Shown: one piece after another, positions 1 through 11,928 of the stretch
How positions within the stretch are numbered: the first letter of the stretch is position 1
Layout of the letters: every line of letters starts with the position of its first letter
Origin: Nageia nagi
Taxonomy: Eukaryota > Plantae > Pinophyta
Direction of reading: 5' to 3'
Assembly: GCA_050084985.1 (NCBI GenBank)
Contig: JBITNC010000002.1
Location: forward strand, 12,524,001-12,588,000
Length of the DNA stretch: 64,000 nt
Position numbers and translations under genes: made by a program
The notes under the pieces: generated by a model
Database searches by the model: none
What the model was told of the DNA's origin: nothing
What the model saw: the letters and a program-made list of their open reading frames with translations, nothing else

Positions 1-959
1 TTGGACAGTTGATTGAAGTAGTTGGAGGTTTGTTTCTAAGTTTAATATGTAACCAATGGTAAACATGAATTCTCTTTTTCTAGGCTCAAAATCCTTTTCC
101 AAATAAACTCTTAATAAACTTGCATTATATTAGGTTTTTAATATAATTGTATCTAGAGTGCCATTATTCCCCTTTAGTAACCGAATGATTATTTGAATTC
201 CATAAGTGTATATTCCCCCTTTTGTAACCTTCGTATTTTTGTTAGTTATATTTCTACTTCCCAATTTAACTTCTCATCTTTAAATTTATAATAACTTAAT
301 CCAATGAATCAATTTGATCTAGATTTTTCACAATATTAAAATTGAGTTGTAAACAAATCTTGTTCTTTGTTTCCTTTTCTTTGTTTTTCTTCTAATCAAT
401 GATGAGTAGAAGAATTTCTTTTACCTACTATTTTGATAGAATGGTAGATGAATTTTCTATATAACTTAATAAAAATAAATTAAATATGATTCATAGTAAA
501 TCAATAATATTTAAAATGAATCAACGATAGTAAAAATCATAAAAATATAGATCAACAACAATAATGCTATACATATGAACCATAATCAAAACGATGAGAA
601 ATAACACATCGAAAATATATTAATTATAACAAAAAGAATCATCACTCAAAGTTATAATTTTTTAATGATATTTATGTAAATAATCACCATAAATGATTTT
701 GAGGGCATTGGGAATGCGTCCACAAAGCATTGTAGATTACATTAAGTTATTTTTAATTGCTTCTCCCATTAAGAAAATCTATGGAGAATATAAATAAAGT
801 AACACTCCCATGTGTTCCTCGCCGTGCATTGGATAGGTCTTTACCTCTTTTCAGAATCTAATGATTCTATCACAACAAAGTAGACTGTGAATATAGAAGG
901 ATGATTAGATAGATATTATATATCTTATATAGCAATCTTCATATATTATATTACTGAGC

Positions 960-1200
960 AATCCATATAATACTCTACCGTCAACACCGACAAAGTTGTC
1001 ATTCTTGGCTCTTCCACGGTCAATGGCACAATGATGAAAACTGCCAGATTTTCAAAGATCCCTCTTCTAATAACCTCATCACCATGTTTGATAAGACAGA
1101 AGGTTTGGAAGAATTCTACCAGTTCCAAAGCCATGCGATGGAGGAGGGAATATATGGGTATTAATATATCTAAAAACAAGACTTAGCCGCGTATGGTATG
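960..1200. promoter_or_regulatory. Distal conserved non-coding element upstream of MIR copy A
   Basis: CpG-retaining block shared with 22520-22740 (CCGACAAA..TGTCA, CATTCTTGGCTCTT, GTCAATGGCAC, TTTTCAAAGATCCCTC, AAGACTTAGCCG). The ORFs over the two copies lie on opposite strands, so it is non-coding. Confidence 0.55.
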
Positions 1201-1289
1201 TTTAAAAATAAAATTTAGAGTTGGTATTGTTTTACAGAAGGCAATTATGAAATTAGCTTTCATTTATTTAAAATATCACGTAAAATTTA

Positions 1290-1364
1290 TGTTTTAAAAA
1301 TATTATTATGAATTTTGATTTTAATTGTTTTAAAAATATTATTATGAATTTTGATTTTAATTGT
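1290..1364. repeat. Perfect 36-bp tandem duplication
   Basis: TGTTTTAAAAATATTATTATGAATTTTGATTTTAAT x2. Confidence 0.9.
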
Positions 1365-2439
1365 ACATTTTTTTTGAGTAATTGAAATATAATAGTATAG
1401 AAGATGAATAATTTATAAAAATATAGATTATTAGAATTTTTGAGTTATTTTTATTATTATCAATTTGGAATATATGAATTGCTTTCTATGTATATCATTT
1501 TTGAAGTACTCTTCAATGTAATATTACTTCAAATATTTCAACAAAGAAATAAAACCACTATCCTTTTACAATAATCCATATATTTAGAAATTGATGGTGA
1601 AATCTTTGAATTGTCATTATTTCATTTAAATGTTTAAAATAGTAATTGAAAGCATCAAAATAATTAATTGTGTTTTTAGAAGCATATAATGAAAACTTGA
1701 AATCAATTTCATAACTTATCTAGCATTATCATTTGTATGTCAAATATTTTCAATACCCATTTCCATAATTCTCATGCTATTGGGCAATAGGGTGAAACAT
1801 GATATATATTTTTCTCCCATTTTCAAAGAAGATATACCAATCTAGTATAATAAATACCTTAGATTATTCTATGTTAATATTTCGATATGTTCAACTAACT
1901 AAATTGGTGGCTAACCAAATAAGCTTATTATCCCCTTCCTACTTAAAAATAATTATTCTTACCTTTTCACTTAAATATTTTCTTTTTATTAAGTTTAATA
2001 TTTACGATAAATTCTTCCTTCTATTATTTAATCTCATGATCATCTTACTTGTTTAGATTTTGTATAGAAAGATAATATTTATGTGATAAAGTATGTTTTA
2101 TTTTATTATTGTTATTCTACGATAAATGTTTATCACTTCATAAGTATCTTTCCAAAAATTTATTATACTTCTTCAACTCCCTAACATAAATGAACAACAT
2201 CCAACTTATATTAATGAATAATATAGAATATCATGAAAGAACCATTAGAATTATATTTAATATTATGTTTTAAAACTGAAATTTTAATTTTATTACTGGA
2301 ACTCGTTGAAGGGAAAGCCTGTGTTCTCTCCTCCATCCGTAGGCTAAGGAAGCTAGTAGGGAGCTCAGTGGACTTTCTCCTCGAGTGAAACAGTTACATA
2401 AGTTTTATCATTTAAAACCAAATAAATATATGAAAGATA

Positions 2440-2805
2440 CAGGGATGCGATTTTCGTACTTTTAAGACGTCATGACTGATGCCATTGACATCGATCCTAA
2501 AAATGGAGAACAACTTTGGCGAATTATCACTGCTTAGTGGGTATTAGCTTTGCATTGTCAATGGACGGTTTTGAAGTCGTAAATTTAGGCTTTACAAGTA
2601 ATATCTGACTCAGACTACTCATTTTTCTATTACTTGTCGTAATCATCAAGGATTTTCTTTCCTTTGACTAACGTAGTCAAGATCTGATCAATCGCATTGG
2701 CAAGCCAATTCTACAATACCTTTACCAAGCCACACAAATCAATGAATGAAATGTCTCCTCTATGACTATATATACGAGAGCTTTTGGCTTGAAATATTCA
2801 CCACA
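2440..2805 (+). promoter_or_regulatory. Pol II promoter of MIR copy A
   Basis: CGTAC 2455-2459, GACGTCA 2466-2472, CCAAT ~2705, TATATATA 2767-2774, and a pyrimidine-A initiator-like TTCACC ~2800. All are conserved in copy B. Confidence 0.7.
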
Positions 2806-2822
2806 TCTTCACCGGGGCAATC

Positions 2823-2855
2823 ATGGCCTGCAAGCATTGGATGGGATTTGTTTAA
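2823..2855 (+). CDS. Candidate pri-miRNA-encoded micropeptide MACKHWMGFV
   Basis: First ATG after the TATA box/TSS, in the context AATCATGGC. Start, stop and length are identical in copy B. Confidence 0.35.
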   Translation: MACKHWMGFV

Positions 2856-2872
2856 CGATAGGCGAAGTAAAC

Positions 2873-3018
2873 CAATTGGTAGAATCTGAAAGAGAAGAGA
2901 GAAAGCACCTCCACTCAACTTCCATTAACGATGGAGTGTGTTGTTGTATGGCATGGGAGCATAGGAGTTGCTCTCTCTCTCTCTCTCTCTCTCTCTTCTT
3001 GTTTAGCCTCTGGCATTG
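2873..3018 (+). ncRNA. MIR529-like: pre-miRNA hairpin, miR156/miR529 superfamily, copy A (diverged)
   Basis: 5' arm CTGAAAGAGAAGAGAGAAAGCACCTCC (2886-2912) pairs with GGAGTTG(CT)13TCTTGTTTAG. Paralog of the cleaner hairpin at 25258-25386. Confidence 0.7.
2971..2996 (+). repeat. (CT)13 microsatellite in the hairpin 3' arm
   Basis: Read directly; copy B has only CTCTCTTTCT here. Confidence 0.95.
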
Positions 3019-3067
3019 GGAAGATCAATCATCAAAAGCATTGCATGATATCAATTTCTTTATTTCC

Positions 3068-3170
3068 GTATATTTAAATTATTCTTATAGATCTCTCATG
3101 TTTGTGATAAAATAAAGAATTTCAATGTAGAGGATGTCAACATAATTCCGTCTTCACATTGGTATTGCAG
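3068..3170 (+). other. Putative 103-nt intron of pri-miRNA copy A
   Basis: GTATAT...TTGCAG|GT, U-rich, same length as the copy B intron. Confidence 0.5.
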
Positions 3171-4349
3171 GTCTGTCATTCTGTGAGAAGCCATTGAGGC
3201 TGAACGTTGTTTTTATTCTGATTCATTCTCTTAGAAGTGTAACCTATAACAAACACCAATAGAAGAGCAGGATTTGCAACAAAGAATTTCAGTACGACAA
3301 GCAAGGATAAGCGATACCAAATAAAGAATCATGGTCGATGTTGGTGCTGCAGTTTGCTGATATAAACCTAATCAGCTCTTGAATATATATACATGCCAAA
3401 GAGATTAGCATATGTATTTTAGTTTTATATTATTATAATTAAATATTAATAACATAAATTCTTGTTTCAGATTAGGATATTATTGTTGCTAGTTTGCATT
3501 TGTAGTTGTGTGATACATTATAAATACTTATGAAAATTGAAGATATTGATTAAAAAAAAAAATGTTTTTTCTATCATATAAAATAATTTCTTCATAATAG
3601 TGTCTTATTTACATTACTTTAAGGATTATCAAGTAGATTTATGATCTTCTTATATTGAAATATTATTTTACTATATATATATATAATATTCTCTCATATA
3701 TATAAGCATGTGTGATATATATAAGCATGTGTGAGATGAGATAATTATGTTTAAATTTTATTAAGCATGGTCATATAATTTTTTTTCTTACAAGGATTTA
3801 TTAGGATTTTGAAAACTTCTCTTAATACTATACCTTTTTTTTTTTTCTAAATAGAACTAATGTTTTATTTTTATACTATCCTTAAAGTACGAATTGTAAG
3901 TTAATTTCTATATATTTCTATCAACATATTATAATTATTTGGATTGTATGCATGGATTGTTGTTTGTCCATTATGTACAGTTTATATTCTTATTACTATT
4001 ATGAATATATAAATATATATCTTGTATAAATTATACTATTAGATCATATATATCTTGTAAAGCATGCCCACTTTTCATTTTCTACATTGGATTGGTAACT
4101 ATAAATGTAGATCAAGAAAACAATCTTGTTGTTGTTTATAAGCCTAAAGATGTTCTAATATGCTTGCAATTGATTTTATTTCAAGTAAACTGCATTTCAA
4201 ATATGGACTAAGTTATGACAAATTTATATGTAGATTATTTTGAGATTCATCCTATTGATAAGGTGTTTATTTCCATTAGCTCTGTTCAATATATTCCTTA
4301 TCTTATTATTAATATCATGAAATATAGTCAATTTACATTGAGAAATATC

Positions 4350-7300
4350 TCACATAAATCAAATAACCAATTGAATTATACTCAAATTCTATTTTATTAT
4401 TTCAAACTTATTCACCTTACTCCTAATTTGTTACATTAATCATGATTAAGAGAAAATATATAAAGAAATCAAAGAATTGAAACCAATATTTATGTTGAAA
4501 AATTTTCAATGTAGGGGAAAAACCATAGGGAAAAAGATGATCATAACCTTTTACTAAGATAGTCCACCCATATTACAATTCCCTTATGCATCCCCATGCA
4601 CATCATTAAGATATTCCACCTCTTTTATAATTACAAGTGCACTCTAATGCATTTACACTCTAATAAGAACACTATGATCATCTTCTTATGCATATTTCCT
4701 AGGGGTGAAATCATATTCTTAGGAGTTACTACATCCAACTCAAGCAAGTAGACATTACAAGTGTTAAATCATACTATTACACATAATGTATCATTGAATG
4801 TAAGCAACATTAAAAATATTTACTATAGCTAAAATTTCATAAATTCATGTTACAAACATCCCTAAATTCCATCACATACATCATATACAACCTAAATTCT
4901 AGATGCAACATGGAACTACATACTTGTAAAATACAATATTACATCTTCTAACATGCATCATACAAATGATATGTATATTATTTTTCCTTAGTTCATGATA
5001 CTACCATGAATCATCTCATAAAATACTTAATGCAATCTTTCTAATATATTTTACCTATCTCTAGATCTTCTCATAAGATTAGAGATCCTTCAAGTCATTG
5101 GAACTTCTCTAATCCAATGATGATACACATATTACCATCCTTTAGATATATTTATAATATCAAGGATCCTACATATTTTTATGGATTTCTCAATTAACCA
5201 ATCATAAGTATCTCACCTATATCTAAGTTTAGTTATGAAATTGAGAGACTTTCTAAATATTTTCAAAGACATTAGGAGTAAACTAGTCATTTACAAAGGT
5301 ATGTAATCACACTTGTATGTCATCCATATACAATCATTGGTATAACATAAACTTATTATAAATGTAATAGAATATAACCATATCTTTGCATTCTCAAATT
5401 CATTTTCTAGCATACAATGATTAGCCATACAAAAATATATGTTACTAATATCAAATGTAAGACCAAACTTTAATTATGGTTCTTTTGTATTTCAATAATG
5501 ATTTAAATGTATATTAACTCACAATATTTATTCCATTCTATTTTACTATAATTAGCATAGTTATTTACCAGAATAAAAGCCATATATCAATAAATGGACA
5601 AGTCTATTTATAATATATTTATCTCATAGTTTTAGATCATATTATACATCACTTGTTCATGAGGGATAGTTCTCATCTCAATGTACATGTAGATATAAAA
5701 GGTTACTTGTACATACGTTTCTTAATTCATATATATGAAACTAATATAAATGCATATTCCTTTTCCTAAATCAATTACAAAATAAATATTACCTCTATAT
5801 TTATTATAACTAAAACATGCATTCATATTTAATCTTTAAGTTTTATCTAAAAAATATACAACCATCTATAAACAACCTTTTAGAAAACTAATTCAGATCA
5901 AAATCATACAAATGAAATACCAATATATGGTTGATATTGAATTTTATATAATGATATTATAATATTAGAAATGTTACCTTAAAATGAAAGATAAGGATTC
6001 TAAAAGAAGTTTTGATATAAACATAAATAGTTACATAGTTCTAGTAAGTGGTTTAGTTTTTACTAAAGTAAGAACTATACAACTCCTCAACAAGACAAGA
6101 TTACATAATTAGAGATATCCTTTTAATAACTTTCCAATTATACCAATAGAGAAATAAACAATTCTACATAATATAAGTATAGTCTTATGAAAACTATCCA
6201 AGTAACTTATTATTATGAATTATCATAAACTAATCAGTCCATGTACAAAGCTTATAACTTTTGTGTTATAGATCCAATTTACTTATTCTTTAAAGCATTA
6301 CAAAGGTGTTGATATGAAAAATATATCCTCAAATGTTTAGATCATTCAGGTAAGGATAAAATCTCCATTTGTTTATTATAGTAAAATATATTAGTATAGT
6401 CAAAACTATTTTTTGCAACTAATTTTCTAATATCATCATTAAACAACAACTAAATTGTACTTGGAATTCACTATTCAATGTTAGAATAACATATTTACTT
6501 TCTAAGAATTATAGTTTCTCAGTTTACTCATGAGAGAAAATGTTCTTTGAAATATTCACTCCAATCATTCATAGTTTATATATGTACTTGAAATTCATTT
6601 TGTTAAACAATATAAAGGTAAAGTATATCTATAATATGTTCCTACTATTAATTCATCAATTTAGAAAATAATTTATAAGCAAAAATAACACTTATATTTA
6701 TAATGAACCAAATACTATTTTTCATCAAATAATATATTTGGTAATTGAAAATACAAAGTAAGAACATATATAAAATACTTCATTACAAGAAGCCCGAATG
6801 TCAATCTTTAAGATTTTTTCCCAACATAGTTTAGCTATCCTCAGTTATAATAAGGTGATTATAATCAAGTTAGAAACTTTTCCCTTTTTTACTCTACAAA
6901 AAGAAAAGCTAAATCATTTTGAAAAACACATCTCTTTAAAGTGCATCAAATATTATACCAATATATGTTAGAAAAGATAAACAATGCTATGATTTTATCT
7001 TCATCTTTTACAATTACATTATTATATTAGACATGTAAAACTATATAATTTAACATGGTATGAAAACTATTTTCAATGTTAAAAGGAATTATTTTCTTAA
7101 TCATAATACAAGATCTAAAAATGCAAAATATTTCTATTCAAGAAATGTACAATAAACCTTATTTCATCATTTACAAACTATCCATAATTCATTCATGGTT
7201 ATGATTTAAAAATGATAAATTCAATCAACATTTATTAATCAAAATCCATCATAGAATTGATTAAGAATAGTATTTTGGAGTTTTTGGACTTATTATATCA

Positions 7301-10300
7301 AATTTCAAATCTTGATATGGATTTTTGGCTCTATGAAGCTCTAGTCCTTCATACTCATCCAAGAAGGATTTTTTCTCCATTCAACTAGCTATAAAGTATC
7401 TTCTTCCTGACTCATTGTATATAAAAGTATAGTCTAAGAATATATCCTCATAAAAATGAGAATTTCTCTTTCTCTACTAAATTAATTATTAAAATATTTA
7501 GTTATACATAATCTAACCTCAAAATTTTAGCTTAAATCAAGATAGGTTATATGGAATTTATGACCAAAATACAACTAATAATATTTCCAAAATTTTGTAG
7601 AAGAAATCATATAAAAGAACACTAAAATTCCTCTTTGAATACCATGAAAAATAGTCATGATATGCATGTATTCATATAGAAATTCATGAGCTTTTCGCAT
7701 AATTATATTTTACAAAATCAATAATAAGGAAATAAAAGTTCATCTATAAATGATAAACAAAAGGTTAATATCAATAAACACTCCTATCAAATGTTCAGCA
7801 TATTAAACACTACTCAAGGTTAGATTCCTAGATCCAAATTCTTAGTGTTACTCAACCTTTTCAACCTATGATCAATTTCATCCATTAGTAATTTGAAACA
7901 AAATTGATGGGAATTCAACAAGTTTGGGAATACACCTCTACTTCATTTTTGAAATATCTAGTTGAATCCTCATACATAGTTCATTCCTTCAAAGGCAAAT
8001 TATCCATAATACCTATATCTAATAACATTAAATAAATATTGATAACATATTTTTTATGCATAACTTTGTTCTATAATTTATCCATTTTATCCTATCATAG
8101 AGAGGAAAATAAATGTTAACATTATTAAGAATCTATTAAAAATGAAAAAATTATGCTTTAGCAGTAACTCAAATAAATAATGATTTATGGGAATTAGCCC
8201 ATACAAATTATTAAAGAAAAAGGCATAAGCATTTTACCATTCTCTTCACATGATATTCATACATGTATGCCATGTCATGCATGTCAAAACTTGTTACATT
8301 CTTGTAGAAAGTAGTTAAGCCATAGGTCCTAACAGTTTAACTATAGTAAAATACCAATGTAAAGTACTCTAAAATCCCAATAATAAAAAATTTCTCTCTC
8401 TTTTTTGTAGTAATTTATCCATTTAAGCTTACAACCTATTTGAATATTCCCAAAAGTCAATGTGTTCCAACTATAGAAACATTACGATATTATTAAATTA
8501 AATATTCTTATCTTGAACTTTCACACATAAAATTCAATAGCCATTTAGTGTTAATTTCAAATTATAAAATTCCCTTCATAATTCATAATCAACCTTAAAT
8601 AATACAAAAAGTGTGTTCAATATCAAGTAAGGGAGTAGTGTATACATTTTAGATAATGAAATAACACATTTAAGTATAACCATAAATATTATTTAGTCAT
8701 TTCAATCTTATTCACCTTAATTCCTTATTTGTTATGTTAATCATGATTTAGAGAAAATACATAAAGCAATCATACAAATTGAAACCAATATTTATGTGGA
8801 AAACCACCTAACATAGGAGAAAAATAATAGGTAAAAATATCATCATTATCTTTTATTATGAAATTCCATCCATGTTATAATTTCCTATTGCATCCTCATG
8901 AACATCATTAAGATAGTCCACCTATCATACAATTGCTAGCATACTCTAATGCACTTAGACTCTAATAATAATATCATCATCATCTTCTTATTCATATTTC
9001 CAAGGGTTTGTATCGCAACCTGTTAGCCATCTTCAGCAAAAAATAATATTTGTACAATTTTTCATTCCTACTTAAATTATTCCAAATATATTACTATAAT
9101 GTAAGGATTAATTAAAATTTACTATATCCAACTCAAAAAAGTAGATAATGTTTTACATGTTCTAGATCCTCCTATTACACATAATACACCATTGGAGGTA
9201 ATAAACATTAAATAATTCTACTATACATCAAATATATTAAGTCCATGTTATAAACATCCCTATGGTATAATAAATATATCATATATAACCTAAATTTCAA
9301 ATGCTACATGGAATTACATACTCACAGTATACAATATTACATCTTATAACATGCATTATACAAATGATATGCATATGAGTTTCCCCTTAGTTTAATTTAT
9401 TACCATGAAGAAACTCATAATATTCTTAATGTAATCTTTTTATTACATTTTACCCATATATAGATATTCCTATAAGATTAAAGTCCATTCAAGTCTTTGA
9501 AACTTCTCTAATCCATTGATCATCAACATCTTACCTACCATTAGGTCTACTTATGAGGTCAAGGATCATTAACATCTTTAGAATAAGTTCTCAATTAACA
9601 AATCATAAGTATCTCACCAATATATAAGTTTACTTATGAAATTGAGAGACCTACCAAATATTTGCAAAGCCATCAAGAAAAACTAGCCATTTATAAAGGT
9701 ATGTAACTATACTTTTATGTCATCCATATACATTCATTGGTACACCATAATTTTAATATATATGTAATAAAATAAAATCATATATTTACATTATCAAATT
9801 CAATATCTATCATATAATAATAAACCATACAAAAACATATGCTATGAATATAAAATGTAAGAGAAAAGTTTAACTATGATCCCTTTATTTTTCAACAAAA
9901 ATACAAATAGAGATTCACTCATAATGTTTATTCCTTTGTCTTTGAATACCTAACATGGTTATTTTCCAATATAATAAGAATATATCAACAAATTAACAAG
10001 TTCAATTATAAAACTATCTCATAGTTTTCCATTGTAATATACATAACTTCTTCATGAGGGATAGTACTTACCTTAATGAGAATGTACATATGCAAGGTTA
10101 CTTGTCCACACATTTCTTAATTCATATTTCTAAAATATATACAACTACTTAAATGTTTTACTAGATTAGTTACAAAATATACATTACCTTTAATTTCAAT
10201 AGAACTAAAACATGCATTCATATCCAATCCTTCATGTTTTTACCCAACAAGTATACAACCATATATAATTTTTTTTTTTTGGAAAAACTAATTCATATCA

Positions 10301-11865
10301 AAACCATATTTAAAAATGAAATGCTTATAGAACTATGAGAACTAATTCTATATTATGATTTTATAATATTAGAATTAGATCCTTAAAATGAAATATGATG
10401 CTTCTAAAAGATGTTAGGAGATGTGCATAAATAGTTACAAATTACCAGTAATTGGTTTAGCTAGTACTACAAGAAGAACTATATAGAACATCAATAACAT
10501 AATGTCATATCATTAGAAAATATTATAAATAAATTTCCAATGTCATGAAGAGAAAAATAAACCATTCTACATAATTTACATCAGAGTCTTATGAAGAGAG
10601 TCTAAGTAACTTATTAGTCTAAATTATCATAAATTGTTTAATCCACTTAAATAATTTATAAATTTTTATTATAACCCTTTGTTACATATTATTTAAAGTT
10701 TTAAAAAGGTATTAATGTGGATAATATTCTCTTATAATTTCATATCATTATAGTAATATTAATACTTCTTTTATTTCATTGTACTAACATGCATCAATAT
10801 AGTCGAATTGTATTTTACAACTTATATTCTAATCTTATCATTAGAAAATAACTAAATTGCACTTTGAGTTTACTAAACACAATTAGGATAACATATCTAC
10901 CTTTTTAGAATTATAGTTTCTCAGTTTACCCATGAGAGGAAATATACTTAATATTTACTCAAAGAATTCATAGTTTATAAATATACTTACAATTTATTTT
11001 CTTAAACAATATAAAGATAAAGTATATCCATAATGTTTTTATACTATTACTTCATCAATTTAGCAATTAATTTATAATATGAAATAACGCTTATATTTAC
11101 AATGCAGCAAATAGTATATTCGTTTGAATAATATTTTTGCTAATTGAAGATACTAAGTAAGAACATTTATCAAACACTTCATTACAAAAAATATAATGCC
11201 AATATTTAATCATTTTATCAAACATATTTAAGTTATCCTTCTTTAAAATGAGGTTATCAAAATAAGCTAAATCATTTTGAAAAATACATCACAACAAATT
11301 GTACCAAACACTATGACAATGTATGTCACAAAAGATAAATACTACCATGATTTTATCTTCATCTTTTGAAATTCCATGGTTAGCCTAGGCATGTCAAATG
11401 ATATAGTTTAATATGATATGCAAATTATTTTCATGCTTAAAAGGAATCATTTTCTTCATCGAAATACAGGATCTAAACATGCAAGAAATGTCTCTTTAAG
11501 CTATAAAAAATACACATTGTTTCATCATTTACAAATTACCCAAAATATATTCATGGTTATGGTTTAAAAATTATAAGTTTAATAACCATTTATTAATTAA
11601 AATCCATCATAGGATTGAAAAATAATAGTATTTTGAGATTATAAAAAATTACTATTTATATTTCAAACTTTATGATGGATGCTTGGCTCTATGAATGAGC
11701 TATAGTCCTTCATAGTACTCATATAGGAAGTTTTTTCACTCCATCCAACTAGCAGTAAATTAAGTTTTTCCAAGCCCATGATATATAAAACTCTAGTGTA
11801 GGAATATATTCTCAGAAAATTGAGTAGTTATCCTTTTCTACAAAATAAATTATTAAATAATTTTA
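4350..11865. repeat. ~4.3-kb unit tandem duplication (~1.75 copies) of unknown origin
   Basis: Unit 1 ~4350-8650; unit 2 ~8650-11865 aligns to 4350-7500 throughout (e.g. AATCATAAGTATCTCACC at 5200/9602, TTATAGTTTCTCAGTTTAC at 6509/10911). Absent from the paralogous copy B position. Confidence 0.9.
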
Positions 11866-11886
11866 TGGGCTTTTTTCTCCTATTTA

Positions 11887-11928
11887 TCTATAATTTACTC
11901 TCTGAGCTTCAGCTCAAACGAATACTAG
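11887..11928 (+). mobile_element. Helitron-like terminus or mini-Helitron
   Basis: A|TCTATAAT...TGAGCT-TC-AGCTCA hairpin (11903-11916), then 8 nt, then CTAG|T. Confidence 0.4.

Larger units (their letters stand above)
950..4330 (+). repeat. Segmental duplication unit, copy A (MIR locus plus flanks), paralogous to ~22520-26830
   Basis: Colinear matches: 960-1200 vs 22520-22740; 1380-2300 vs 23680-24720; 2300-3540 vs 24710-26100; 4250-4330 vs 26750-26829. Homology resumes at 11960-12070 vs 27640-27750. Confidence 0.92.

Noticed and set aside
946-1179. 77-aa minus-strand ORF (and the 22585-22770 plus-strand ORF)
   Set aside because: Homologous DNA gives ORFs on opposite strands with frame-breaking indels.
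2762-3115. 117-aa ORF over MIR copy A
   Set aside because: Starts upstream of the TATA box, reads through the CT microsatellite (SLSLSL), and is not preserved in copy B.
3170-3360. Second miRNA hairpin or TAS3-like element downstream of the first hairpin
   Set aside because: Only short G:U-rich helices; no miR390 site or tasiARF sequence seen.
7500-8650. Long plus frame if TAA/TAG are read as Gln (alternative genetic code)
   Set aside because: TGA stops remain, and such frames are expected in G-poor, AT-rich DNA.
7380-11800. Walker-like HGLGKT (~11775), LLMDEID (~7880) and mononegavirus-like KERE (~8400) in minus frames of the 4.3-kb repeat
   Set aside because: HGLGKT is not conserved in the other unit, the A/B order within a unit is wrong, and flanking motifs are missing. 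Likely chance.
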